Shown here: one piece after another, positions 16,340-25,541 of the stretch
Layout of the letters: each line of letters opens with the position of its first letter
Numbering within the stretch: position 1 is the first letter of the stretch
From: Gemmatimonadales bacterium
GTDB lineage: Bacteria > Gemmatimonadota > Gemmatimonadetes > Gemmatimonadales > GWC2-71-9
Assembly: GCA_036393515.1 (NCBI GenBank)
Contig: DASWGV010000163.1
Location: 17,301 to 81,300, forward strand
DNA: 64,000 bases
Direction of reading: 5' to 3'
Translations under genes and position numbers: made by a program
Notes under the pieces: generated by a model
Told to the model about the DNA's origin: nothing
What the model saw: only the letters and a program-made list of their open reading frames with translations
The model's database searches: none

Positions 16340-19084
16340 ATGCCCGCCGCCGAGCGCCGCCTATTCCTCATTGACGGCTATGCGCTCATTTACCGCGCGT
16401 TCTTTGCGATGATGAACCGCCCGCTCCGGACCACGCGCGGAGAGAACACCTCCGCGGTCTTTGGCGTCACACGGTTCCTCATGCGCCTGATCGAGCGCCA
16501 TACGCCGGCGTACTTGGGTTGGGTGCATGACGCCGGGACCTCCTTTCGGCACGAAACCTACCCGGACTACAAGGCCACCCGCGAGCGACTGGACCCGGAC
16601 CTGCAAGCGGACTTCGACCACTCGGTAGAGCGCGTCGAGCAACTGCTGCAAGCCTTTCGCATCCCATTGATCGCGGTGGATGGATACGAAGCCGACGACG
16701 TCCTGGGCACCCTGGCGACCCAGGCTGCATTGGCGGGCATCCCCACGGTACTCGTGTCTGGTGACAAGGATTTGTACCAACTGGTTGCCGAGCGGATCTC
16801 CCTGCTCAACCCGGGGCGCGGGGGCCCGGCCGCGGTGGAAGAGCAATGGGTGGACCTGGGTAACGCTGCCGAGCGGCTGGGAGTAGCGCCGGAGCACGTG
16901 GTGGATTTCCTCGCGCTGGTGGGAGATGCGTCGGATAACGTGCCCGGGGTGCGCGGCGTGGGCGAGAAGACCGCGCGAGTGCTGATCGAGCGATGGGGCG
17001 ACCTGGAGTCAATTCTGGGGCATGCCGACGAGGCGCCCGGGCGCCGAGTGCAGGAAGCCCTCCGGACGGATGCCGCGCGCGCGCGCTTGAGTCGCGGGCT
17101 GGTCACCATTCGGCGCGACGTGCCTGTCGCGCTGGACCTCGAATCGCTTCGCGTCCGGGAGCCGGATCGCGATGCCCAGAGGCGCGTCTTCACCGAGTTG
17201 GAGTTTCACGAGTTCCTGCAACAACTCGGGCCCACGGAATGTCCGCCAGCGCCAGAAGTGGCGCGGGAAGTGCGGGTTGCGGACGATCTGCGCGCGGTGG
17301 CGCAGGTAGTGACAGCCCTGTTCCAGGGCCCGGTCCTGCTCCGAGCCGTTACGTCGGGCGGCGCGGGGCGATCGGGCACCCTGACCGGCCTGGCGCTGGC
17401 TCGGGAGCAGGGCCCCGTCTGGTACCTCCCATTCAGACATCAAGCCGAGCAGCACGATCTCATGGGCGATCCCGGCCCCAGCAACCTCCCGGCGCTTCAC
17501 GACCCGGCGCTCCGGGCGTTGGTGGAGCTGCTAGAAAACGAGGCCGTGCCGAAGCTGGGCCACGACCTCAAGGCGGATGCCCTGGCGCTGCGCGGCGCCG
17601 GCGTCAAACTCGGCGGCGTCCGTTGGGACGGGAGGCTGGCAAGTTTTGTCCTCGACCCCGGCCACCGCTCGCACGATCTGGCGGACTTGGCGCTTGAGTT
17701 GGAGCACGTGCAGCTTGACCTGGGACCGGCGGGGCGCGCGGCGCATCGGTCTCCGGAGACGCGCCCTCCCGCGGAGATCGCGGCCGGGGTAGCGCGGGCC
17801 CTGGACGTTGTCGGCCGGCTGCGTGGGCGGTTCATGCCGCAACTCGCCGCGCACAGCCTCACGCGCCTCTTGGAAGATGTGGAACTCCCCCTCGTCGAGG
17901 TGCTTGCCGAGATCGAGTGGCGGGGGGTTGCCGTGGACGTCGTCCGGCTGCAGGCGCTGTCATTGGAGTTCGGCCTGGAGTTGGGTCGCTTGGAGCGGGC
18001 CATTTACCAAGAGGCCGGCACGGACTTCAACATTCAGAGTACGCCACAGTTGCGCCACGTGTTGTTTGAGAAACTCCAATTACCCGTGCTCAAGCGGACC
18101 AAGACCGGTCCGTCCACCGACGCCGACGTACTAGAGCAGTTGGCGGCGATGCGGTTTACCGTCCCCGTCCTGCTGCTCGAGTTCCGGGAGATGTCCAAGC
18201 TCAAATCCACCTATGTGGACGTGCTGCCGACTCGAGTGGACCCTGGCACAGGCCGCATCCATACACGCTTTCACCAGACCGGAGCGGCCACGGGTCGGCT
18301 ATCCTCCTCCGATCCGAATCTTCAAAACATCCCGGTGCGCACTCCCCGGGGCGAACGTATCCGGGAATGCTTCGTTGCCGGAACGGGCTGTCGTCTGATC
18401 GTAGCGGACTACTCGCAAGTCGAGCTGCGATTGCTGGCGCACCTGTCAGAGGATGCGGCGTTCGTGCAGGCGTTTGAGCGGGGCGGTGACGTGCATCGGG
18501 AGACGGCTGCGGTGATTTTCGGGGTAGCGCCGGACCAGGTCACGGCCGACATGCGAGCCCGCGCCAAGACCATCAACTTCGCCACCATCTACGGCCAGGG
18601 CCCATTCGCCCTCAGCCGGCAGCTGGGGATCTCGCAGGACGAGGCCAAGGAGTTCATTCGCCTGTATTTCGAGCGGTTCGCAGGGGTACGGCGCTACCTG
18701 GACGCAACCGTGGCGGCGGCGCGCGAGCGGGGTTTTGTGGAGACGCTCTTTGGCCGGCGCCGATATATCCCGGAGTTGCGCGACACCAACCGCGCGGTGC
18801 GGGCCTTCGGCGAGCGCACGGCCATGAACTCGCCGCTCCAGGGTTCGGCGGCGGATCTGATCAAGGTGGCGATGATCCGGATCCACCGGGAGTTTGTGCG
18901 GCGGGGGCTGGCGAGCGGCATTCTCCTGCAGGTGCATGACGAACTGGTCGTCGAGGCCCCTCAGGCGGAGATCCCAGACGCCGCGGATATCGTCCGGCGA
19001 GAGATGGAGAACGCGGCGACGCTGAATGTTCCGCTGGTGGTGGATGTTGGCGTGGGAACCAACTGGCTCGAGGCCAAACGATGA
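16340..19084 (+). CDS. polA: DNA polymerase I
   Basis: 914 aa with a 5' nuclease domain (LFLIDGYALIYRAFFA), a 3'-5' exonuclease-like region, and polymerase motifs DYSQVELRLLAHLS and QVHDELVVEAP. Confidence 0.95.
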   Translation: MPAAERRLFLIDGYALIYRAFFAMMNRPLRTTRGENTSAVFGVTRFLMRLIERHTPAYLGWVHDAGTSFRHETYPDYKATRERLDPDLQADFDHSVERVEQLLQAFRIPLIAVDGYEADDVLGTLATQAALAGIPTVLVSGDKDLYQLVAERISLLNPGRGGPAAVEEQWVDLGNAAERLGVAPEHVVDFLALVGDASDNVPGVRGVGEKTARVLIERWGDLESILGHADEAPGRRVQEALRTDAARARLSRGLVTIRRDVPVALDLESLRVREPDRDAQRRVFTELEFHEFLQQLGPTECPPAPEVAREVRVADDLRAVAQVVTALFQGPVLLRAVTSGGAGRSGTLTGLALAREQGPVWYLPFRHQAEQHDLMGDPGPSNLPALHDPALRALVELLENEAVPKLGHDLKADALALRGAGVKLGGVRWDGRLASFVLDPGHRSHDLADLALELEHVQLDLGPAGRAAHRSPETRPPAEIAAGVARALDVVGRLRGRFMPQLAAHSLTRLLEDVELPLVEVLAEIEWRGVAVDVVRLQALSLEFGLELGRLERAIYQEAGTDFNIQSTPQLRHVLFEKLQLPVLKRTKTGPSTDADVLEQLAAMRFTVPVLLLEFREMSKLKSTYVDVLPTRVDPGTGRIHTRFHQTGAATGRLSSSDPNLQNIPVRTPRGERIRECFVAGTGCRLIVADYSQVELRLLAHLSEDAAFVQAFERGGDVHRETAAVIFGVAPDQVTADMRARAKTINFATIYGQGPFALSRQLGISQDEAKEFIRLYFERFAGVRRYLDATVAAARERGFVETLFGRRRYIPELRDTNRAVRAFGERTAMNSPLQGSAADLIKVAMIRIHREFVRRGLASGILLQVHDELVVEAPQAEIPDAADIVRREMENAATLNVPLVVDVGVGTNWLEAKR

Positions 19085-19479
19085 TTCCCTCCCGGGCCCC
19101 CCGGCGGGGTGTGACCCCCGTGGAGCTGGTGCTGCTGGTGGCGGCGCTGGGGTCGCTCCTGGGGGTTGTCGTACCGATAATCGGCGCCTGGCGCCAGCGG
19201 CCGGTCATCGAGGCGCTGCGCGCCAACCTGCGGAATCTCGCGGCGGCACAGGAATCGCACTTCTATGACTTCCGGGGCTACGCTGGCGACCTCGAGGCGC
19301 TGCGGCGAACCGGTTTCGCGCCGGCCAACGGCGTGCGACTAGTGATCAGAGAGGCGACGCGCGCCGGATGGTCCGCCGGCGCGTCGCATCCCGGGACTCG
19401 CGTGCAATGTTTCCTGTTCGTGCGAGAAGCGACAGCTCCCAGCTCGGCTCCGATGGCCGGGTCGGTGCACTGTCGCTGA
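19081..19479 (+). CDS. type IV pilin-like protein (hypothetical)
   Basis: Leader MIPSRAPRRG followed by VTPVELVLLVAALGSLLGVVVPI (Gly at -1, Glu at +5), then a long helix and a C-terminal Cys pair. Third-position GC is high. The ATG overlaps the polA stop (ATGA). Confidence 0.55.
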   Translation: MIPSRAPRRGVTPVELVLLVAALGSLLGVVVPIIGAWRQRPVIEALRANLRNLAAAQESHFYDFRGYAGDLEALRRTGFAPANGVRLVIREATRAGWSAGASHPGTRVQCFLFVREATAPSSAPMAGSVHCR

Positions 19480-19483
19480 GGCT

Positions 19484-19783
19484 GTGTGGCGCCTCTTTGT
19501 CCGTCGGCGCGACGGGATGTGGCACGCGCTGTCGGGGGGACTCTGGCTTCACCGTCATGTCCTCCGCGGTGAACCGATGGCCCACCTGATTTCGTCTGAT
19601 CGAGTCCTGCTGATGGCGGCCGGGCGGCGGCTGGGTCTGGACCCCGCCTGGCTGCAATACAAGCCTCTCAAGCGCCCGGACGACGGCGTCCGCGTCGACG
19701 CGTGGCACTGGGACCTGAGGGGCGGGGCGCTCCGACTCGCAGTCGATCTGGCCGTGCGCGAACCGCAAAACCTTGAGGGGTGA
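19484..19783 (+). CDS. DUF4031-like protein (start uncertain)
   Basis: AHLISSDRVLLMAAGRRLGLDPAWLQ...HWDLRGGALRLAV resembles the DUF4031 pattern (HLxSD...GL...W...HYDL). Possible starts are 19484 or 19517. Confidence 0.55.
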   Translation: MWRLFVRRRDGMWHALSGGLWLHRHVLRGEPMAHLISSDRVLLMAAGRRLGLDPAWLQYKPLKRPDDGVRVDAWHWDLRGGALRLAVDLAVREPQNLEG

Positions 19784-19818
19784 GGAGTGGCGGGGATGGC
19801 AGACGAGCACCCTACTCC

Positions 19819-22110
19819 TCACGCCTTCTCTCGTTCGCCTTTGACTCCCGGCCACCAGTTCCATCGGCCGGCGATGTGCATGATAGCGGGCACCAGCACC
19901 ATCCGGATCAGCGTGGCATCAAGGAACACGGCGACGGCGAGCCCGAACCCGATGAGCTGCACTGCCAGCACCTTGGCGAGACTGAAGGCGCCGAAGACGA
20001 TGATCATGATCAGGGCGGCGCTCGTGATGGTAGACGCGGTGGCACTGAGGCCTTCCATGGTCGCCTGGTCATTCCGGCCGGTGCGGTCGAAGGCCTCCTT
20101 GACTCGCGAAAGCAAGAACACCTCGTAGTCCATACTGAGTCCAAAGACCACGGCGAAGACCAGGACCGGCACCAGCACGTAAATGGCCCCGGTACCCGTC
20201 GCCAGGTGGAACAGGCCAGCCCCCACGCCGTGCTGGAAGACCAGGACAATCAACCCGAACGCCCCGGCCACCGACAGGCAGTTCATGACCACCGCCTTGA
20301 CAGGTACCAGTACGGACTGGAAAGCGATGAACAGCATGATGGCGGTGGTGACCAGCACCACAGCCACCAGCAGCGGGAATCGCCGCAGCAACTGATCCTG
20401 CAAGTCCACGCCCGATGCCACGAAGCCGCCAACCAGCACGTCGACGGAATCGAGGCCGCGGATCCCCGAGCGGGCGAGCTCGCGAACGTCGCGTACGACC
20501 TCCATCGCCGTCAGTAGCGAGGTCGAATCTGCCAGCTGGATATCGAGCAGGGCCGTCCGGTTGTCCGGGGACAGGTGCCCGCCGAGAAAATCGGGATAAC
20601 GGGCCCGCGCGCGTGGAATATCGGAGTACAGCATCGAATACTGGAGCGTCGAGAGATTTGCCCGGATATCCACCGGGCTCCGCACCCGCGCCACGCGGGG
20701 ATCGGCTCGAAGGGAATCGGACAACCGTCGGAGGCCCCGCAGATAGCGGGCGCCGATGATCCTGGAGCCGTCCGGTGCCCGGAGGATCACCCGGACGGGC
20801 TGGACGGCGCCGCGAGAACCCATCCCCTCCAGCATCTCGGCGCCCAGATCCGAGTCGGTGCCTTTCGGGAACCACCCGGCCTGGGGCAGACCGATGCGGA
20901 TCTGCAGCAGTGGCCAGGTGATGGCCGCCACCACGAGCCCCCCGATGGCAATGGCACGCCAGGGGTGATGTCCCAACCACCGCGCCCAGCGCTCCCAGCC
21001 GATCGGCGCATGGTACCAGGCAAGGCGCCGCGCCAGCCACCGCGGCTGGTCGATGGCGCGGCCCAGCAATGACAGAGCCGCGGGCAATAGCGTGACGGAA
21101 AGGGCGACCGCCGCGCCAACCACGAACACGCCGGCCAGCGCGATGGAGCGGGTCTCGGGCAGCGGAATGACGACTAATCCCGCGAAGCCGACGACGACGG
21201 TCAGGCCGCTGGTGACCACGGCGCGGCCCGCGGTCGCGATGGTACGTACGGTCGCCTCGCGCACCGGCTGGCCGCGGTTCAGTTCTTCCCGGAACCGAGT
21301 GACCACCAGCAACGAGTAGTCGATCCCCACGCCCAGGCCGATCATGGAGATCAGGTTCAGCACGAAGACCGACATGGGGTGGAAGAGGGCTGCGACGTAC
21401 ACCAAGGCCAGGGCGCAGGCGATGGCGAAGACGCCGATTACCAGCGGTAGCGCAGCGGCGGCCAACGCCCCAAAGGCCAGCACCAGCACGATGCCGGCGA
21501 GCGGCAACGAGCGCTGCTCGCCCCGCCGGGCGTCACTCAGGCTGGTGGTGCGGACATCGTATTCCAGGGCGGGAGCGCCGGTGACGTGCGACTCGAATCC
21601 TTCACCCGGCCCATGACGGGCCATGATCCGGCCAACCACCGTTCGGACGTCCGGCGTCCTGAGCAGTGCGGCCATGGACTCCTCGGCGGTCAGCACCGCC
21701 ACCAGAAAGGTGGAACGGCGATCCCTGCTCACCAGGCCCGGGTCATCAGCGTCCCGGAAGGAAATCACCTGTCTGATGTACGGTTCCGCGCGAAGTGCGC
21801 GGGCCAGCTCGTCAATCACCACGGTGAATGGCGCGCTGTCCACCGGGATCGCTCCCCGCACGGTGACCGCGAAGAACTGAGCGATCGGTTGCTCGAACGC
21901 TTCCCGCACCAGCCGATAGACCTGCTCGGACTCGGTGTTGGCCGCCTGGCCCTCGACTCGTAATACGCTGCCCGCGCGGCGGGCTGCCGGAAATGCGAAC
22001 ACGGCGATCACGGCCCAGGCGACGATGATCGGAATCCGGAAACGGACGATGGACCGAGCCGGGAGTGCGATCACGCGGCCCTCTCGAACCCTCTTATCAT
22101 CGGCGGCCAC
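19819..22110 (-). CDS. MMPL/RND-family membrane transporter
   Basis: 763 aa with two blocks of about 6 TM helices separated by soluble loops. The sequence is MMPL-like (LDATLIRMVLVPAIMHIAGRWNWW). Confidence 0.8.
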   Translation of the reverse strand: MAADDKRVREGRVIALPARSIVRFRIPIIVAWAVIAVFAFPAARRAGSVLRVEGQAANTESEQVYRLVREAFEQPIAQFFAVTVRGAIPVDSAPFTVVIDELARALRAEPYIRQVISFRDADDPGLVSRDRRSTFLVAVLTAEESMAALLRTPDVRTVVGRIMARHGPGEGFESHVTGAPALEYDVRTTSLSDARRGEQRSLPLAGIVLVLAFGALAAAALPLVIGVFAIACALALVYVAALFHPMSVFVLNLISMIGLGVGIDYSLLVVTRFREELNRGQPVREATVRTIATAGRAVVTSGLTVVVGFAGLVVIPLPETRSIALAGVFVVGAAVALSVTLLPAALSLLGRAIDQPRWLARRLAWYHAPIGWERWARWLGHHPWRAIAIGGLVVAAITWPLLQIRIGLPQAGWFPKGTDSDLGAEMLEGMGSRGAVQPVRVILRAPDGSRIIGARYLRGLRRLSDSLRADPRVARVRSPVDIRANLSTLQYSMLYSDIPRARARYPDFLGGHLSPDNRTALLDIQLADSTSLLTAMEVVRDVRELARSGIRGLDSVDVLVGGFVASGVDLQDQLLRRFPLLVAVVLVTTAIMLFIAFQSVLVPVKAVVMNCLSVAGAFGLIVLVFQHGVGAGLFHLATGTGAIYVLVPVLVFAVVFGLSMDYEVFLLSRVKEAFDRTGRNDQATMEGLSATASTITSAALIMIIVFGAFSLAKVLAVQLIGFGLAVAVFLDATLIRMVLVPAIMHIAGRWNWWPGVKGEREKA

Positions 22111-23599
22111 GGAGCTGGGGGCCGGCGTCCTCCAAGTCCTTCACCCCCCGGTCCAGACCCCAGGCCACGAAAAACGCGTATTCGGCATACCGGCTCAGTC
22201 CGGCAAGAGGAAAATCGGGGGCCCACTCGTCGGCCGGCTGGTGGTAATGATCCCACCGGGCGCGGAGTGCTCGAGAGCTGTCGACCGACATTCCTTCGTA
22301 CGGGCCCGGCCCCGGAATGATGAACACCGCCGACACGCCGGCACGCAGAAATGGAAAATGGTCCGAGTTGGGCGTAGCCTGCGTGACGGTGGCGCTCCAA
22401 CCGCGGGCGTGGGCCACGTCGGTAGCAAGTAGTACGAGCCGTGAGCCTGGTGTACCTGCCAGGCGCCAACTGGCGGGTCGGCCGGGGGGCGCCCCGGCAT
22501 CCAGGTTGATCACGCCCAGCGTCCGATCATGGGGCCAGCGCGGGTGCGCGGCGTAGTAATCCGAGCCCAACAGACCCTGCTCTTCCGCCGCGAAGAACAG
22601 GAACAGGATGGAGTGCACGGGGGCATGCCGAGGCTCGCGGAAGGCCCGGGCGATCCCCAGCAGCATGGCCACCCCCGCAGCGTTGTCTGAGAATCCGTTG
22701 TACACCGAGTCCCCGCGCTGATCCGGGATGCCGATGCCGAGGTGATCGTAATGGGCCGTGAGCACGATCGCCGAGTCACGGGCCAGAGGGTCGCTTCCGG
22801 GAAGGAGGCAAGCGACGTTCCGGTCAGGGACATGGGACCGCTCGATCTCCGAGCGTAACTCGACGTGGACGCCGAGCGGGCCGGCCGCTGGAACGGCGGA
22901 GCTGCCAATGAGGGCCGCCGTTGCGGCCGGGCCGATGGCGACGGTCGGGAGCGTGCGGAGCAGGGAGGAAGGCGTCGCTGGCTCGGCAAGCACGAGACGG
23001 GTGTCGCCGCGACTCCGGGCGTACAAGTCGTAGCGCCGGTCATCTCGGACGGCCAACACAAGTCCGGCCGCGCCCCTCGAGGCGAGGCTGTCCAGCAAAT
23101 CCCGATCCTGAATGGCCTCGGCGATCACCACGGCTCCGCTTACCTGGGGCGCGTCGGCCAGAGACAGTGGTGACGGCACGAACACCGCCGGTCCGGCGAA
23201 CCCGGTCAAGGACGATCCCATATCGAGATCCAGGACGAAGTCCTGAGGTGCATGGAAGACGGAGCGGCCGGCTGCCGAAGCGACCTCGAGGCGGGCCGAA
23301 CGGGTCACCACCCGGATGAGCGGCACGGACTGGAAGTAGTCATCCCCACCCGCGGGATGGAGCCCGAGCGTGCGGCACGCGGCGGCGAGATACTCGGCCG
23401 CGATGCGCGCCCCCGCGCTTCCCGCCCGGCGTCCCTGGAGCAGGTCGCCGGACAGGAACCGCGCGTGCGCGCCAATGGCCAGCGTGTCGATAGGCGGCCC
23501 GGGCAATGGGCCGGCCTCGCGACGCACCGGGGGGCCACAAGCCACCAGAGCGGCGAGCGGCACCATGACCAACGGGGAGATTCCGGACCGCTCTTTCAC
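22097..23599 (-). CDS. M28-family aminopeptidase lipoprotein with PA domain
   Basis: Lipobox LAALVAC, HYDHLGIG, DNAAGVAMLLGIA and FLFFAAEEQGLLGSDYY. The 3' end overlaps the MMPL start by 14 nt. Confidence 0.85.
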   Translation of the reverse strand: MKERSGISPLVMVPLAALVACGPPVRREAGPLPGPPIDTLAIGAHARFLSGDLLQGRRAGSAGARIAAEYLAAACRTLGLHPAGGDDYFQSVPLIRVVTRSARLEVASAAGRSVFHAPQDFVLDLDMGSSLTGFAGPAVFVPSPLSLADAPQVSGAVVIAEAIQDRDLLDSLASRGAAGLVLAVRDDRRYDLYARSRGDTRLVLAEPATPSSLLRTLPTVAIGPAATAALIGSSAVPAAGPLGVHVELRSEIERSHVPDRNVACLLPGSDPLARDSAIVLTAHYDHLGIGIPDQRGDSVYNGFSDNAAGVAMLLGIARAFREPRHAPVHSILFLFFAAEEQGLLGSDYYAAHPRWPHDRTLGVINLDAGAPPGRPASWRLAGTPGSRLVLLATDVAHARGWSATVTQATPNSDHFPFLRAGVSAVFIIPGPGPYEGMSVDSSRALRARWDHYHQPADEWAPDFPLAGLSRYAEYAFFVAWGLDRGVKDLEDAGPQLRGRR

Positions 23600-23703
23600 C
23601 GGGAAGCCGTGCTACATACGTTCCAACCATCGGCCGTCCGGCGTGTCGTCATGCGAATCATGTCCCAATTATATGAGCCTGGCCTACCTGCCCGCCCGGG
23701 AGG

Positions 23704-24846
23704 GTGGCTCTGAGCTCCCTCCTGGCGCTCGCCCTGGCGGCGCAGGTCTCCGCGCTGGCCGATCTGGACCGCGCCGTCCGGGACGGCATTGCGACGGGGG
23801 TCTATCCCGGAGCGGTCGTAGTGGTTGGGCGGAGCGACTCGGTGCTGGTGGCGCGCGGCTACGGTCACCTGACCTGGTCTTCATCCAGCCCCGTCCCAAG
23901 CCCCGACAGCACGTTGTATGACCTGGCGTCCCTCACCAAGGTGGTGGCCACGACGCCCGCCGTGATGCGTCTGGTCGACGCCGGGCGACTCCACCTCACC
24001 GATCCGGTGCAGTGGCACCTCCCGGGGTTCGTGGGCGAGGGGAAAGCGGCTGTAACCGTCGCCCATTTGTTGTCCCACACGTCAGGACTTCGCGCGTTCC
24101 TGCCGCTGAACCAGCTCGCTCCGGACGCGGGAGGGGCCCAGCGTCTCGTGCTGGAGGAGCCGCTGCGCTGGCCGCCCGGCCGGCGAGTGGAATACAGCGA
24201 CTTGAACGCCATCCTTCTGGGATGGATCGTGGAGCGGGTATCGGGCCAGAGCCTGGACCAATTCGTGGGCGCCGAGGTGTTTGCCCCGCTCGGGATGTTG
24301 CAAACCCGTTTTCGGCCACCTCGGTCAGTCTGGTTCCGGACGGCACCGGTGGGTGCCTGGCGCGGCACACCGGTCGCCGGCAACGTGCACGACCAAAACG
24401 CGGCCCGTCTCGGGGGTGTCGCCGGTCATGCGGGCCTCTTCAGCACCGGACGCGACCTGGCCCGGTATGCCCAGTTCCTGCTGAATCAGGGACGCGCCTC
24501 GGACTGCCGTGCGCTTCTCCGGCCGTCCACCATCGCTCAACTGGCGCGCCGTGTCAGCGGCAATCGAACGTTGGGCTTCGAGCTCGAGGACACGACGTCG
24601 GCGGACAACTCCGGCGTCCGGCTGTCCCCGGCCGCGTTCGGCCATACGGGATTCACCGGCACCTCGCTGTGGATCGATCCCGTCGAGAACGTCTTTGTCA
24701 TCATGCTGACGAATCGGGTCTATGCTCCGCGGGCCTCGCGCCCCGTCACCCGCCTCAGGGTACTGCGCGGCCAGGTGGCGGACGCGGCCGCGGGCCTGGC
24801 GGAAGAGGCCCGGCCACTGGTGGCGGGTACCGGCAGCCGGTGCTAG
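23704..24846 (+). CDS. serine hydrolase, beta-lactamase/esterase (class C-like) family
   Basis: SxxK (ASLTKVV), YxN (YSDLN) and HTG (GHTGFTGTS) motifs, plus a signal-like N-terminus. Confidence 0.85.
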   Translation: MALSSLLALALAAQVSALADLDRAVRDGIATGVYPGAVVVVGRSDSVLVARGYGHLTWSSSSPVPSPDSTLYDLASLTKVVATTPAVMRLVDAGRLHLTDPVQWHLPGFVGEGKAAVTVAHLLSHTSGLRAFLPLNQLAPDAGGAQRLVLEEPLRWPPGRRVEYSDLNAILLGWIVERVSGQSLDQFVGAEVFAPLGMLQTRFRPPRSVWFRTAPVGAWRGTPVAGNVHDQNAARLGGVAGHAGLFSTGRDLARYAQFLLNQGRASDCRALLRPSTIAQLARRVSGNRTLGFELEDTTSADNSGVRLSPAAFGHTGFTGTSLWIDPVENVFVIMLTNRVYAPRASRPVTRLRVLRGQVADAAAGLAEEARPLVAGTGSRC

Positions 24847-25208
24847 CCCGCCCACATCGGGCGGCGGGCCGGCCGATCCTCATCTATGACGACCAGTGCG
24901 CGTTCTGTCGCCGCTGGGTGCGACGGCTCAAGCGGTGGGATCGTGCGGACGTCATCGTGCTGCTCCCGCTCGCCGACCCGGAGGCGCCCCTGGTGGCGCG
25001 GCGGGACACCGCCGCCCTGCGTCGCGCCGCCCATCTGGTTCGGCCGGACGGAACGGTGTTCGCCGGCGCGGCCGCCGCCCGCGAACTGTTCGGTTTCCTG
25101 CCGCTCGGCTGGATTTTACGTGCAGCCATGCGGATTCCTGGCGTCCTTCCAGTTGCGGAGATGGTCTACGCGTGGATCGCCAGGACCTGGGGGCCGGTCC
25201 GACCGTAG
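24840..25208 (+). CDS. thiol-disulfide oxidoreductase DCC-family protein
   Basis: ILIYDDQCAFCRRWV (CxxC). The GTG at 24840 overlaps the upstream stop codon. The rest of the 398-aa ORF 24012-25208 is out-of-frame read-through of the hydrolase gene. Confidence 0.7.
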   Translation: MLARPHRAAGRPILIYDDQCAFCRRWVRRLKRWDRADVIVLLPLADPEAPLVARRDTAALRRAAHLVRPDGTVFAGAAAARELFGFLPLGWILRAAMRIPGVLPVAEMVYAWIARTWGPVRP

Positions 25209-25241
25209 CCAGGCGTCCTGCGCACTGATTAGGTTCCCTCC

Positions 25242-25541
25242 ATGGTCACGGCCGACGATGTGCGAAAGGTGCTGAGGCAGGTCAAGGATCCAGAGATCAA
25301 TCTCAGCATCATCGACCTGGGGCTGGTGTACGACGTCGAAGTGGCGAGCGAAGGGCATGTGGATGTTCGGATGACCCTGACATCGCCCGGCTGCCCCTCG
25401 GGTCCAGAGATCATGGGCGATGTAGATCGCGCTGTGCGGGACCTAGACGGCGTTACGGCGGTGAACATCGACCTAGTTTGGGAACCGTACTGGACGCCTG
25501 AACGCATCGATCCCAAGGTCCGGGCGTTTCTGGGCTACTGA
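25242..25541 (+). CDS. sufT: Fe-S assembly protein SufT / DUF59 (MIP18 family)
   Basis: 99 aa with VKDPEINLSIIDLGLVYDV...LTSPGCPSGPEI. Confidence 0.8.
   Translation: MVTADDVRKVLRQVKDPEINLSIIDLGLVYDVEVASEGHVDVRMTLTSPGCPSGPEIMGDVDRAVRDLDGVTAVNIDLVWEPYWTPERIDPKVRAFLGY

Noticed and set aside
17203-17218. parS half-sites: GTTTCACG inside polA, and TGAAACAC at 50211 at the bactofilin start.
   Set aside because: Only 8 of 16 positions match and there is no dyad partner. These are expected by chance and both lie in coding sequence.
24012-24839. The N-terminal 276 codons of the 398-aa ORF 24012-25208.
   Set aside because: This part is an alternative frame of the serine hydrolase gene. Only the last 122 codons (from GTG 24840) carry the DCC-family CxxC protein.
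25242-25541. sufT (DUF59) lies 12 kb away from the sufRBCDSU operon.
   Set aside because: Unlinked DUF59/SufT genes are common, so I do not consider this unusual.
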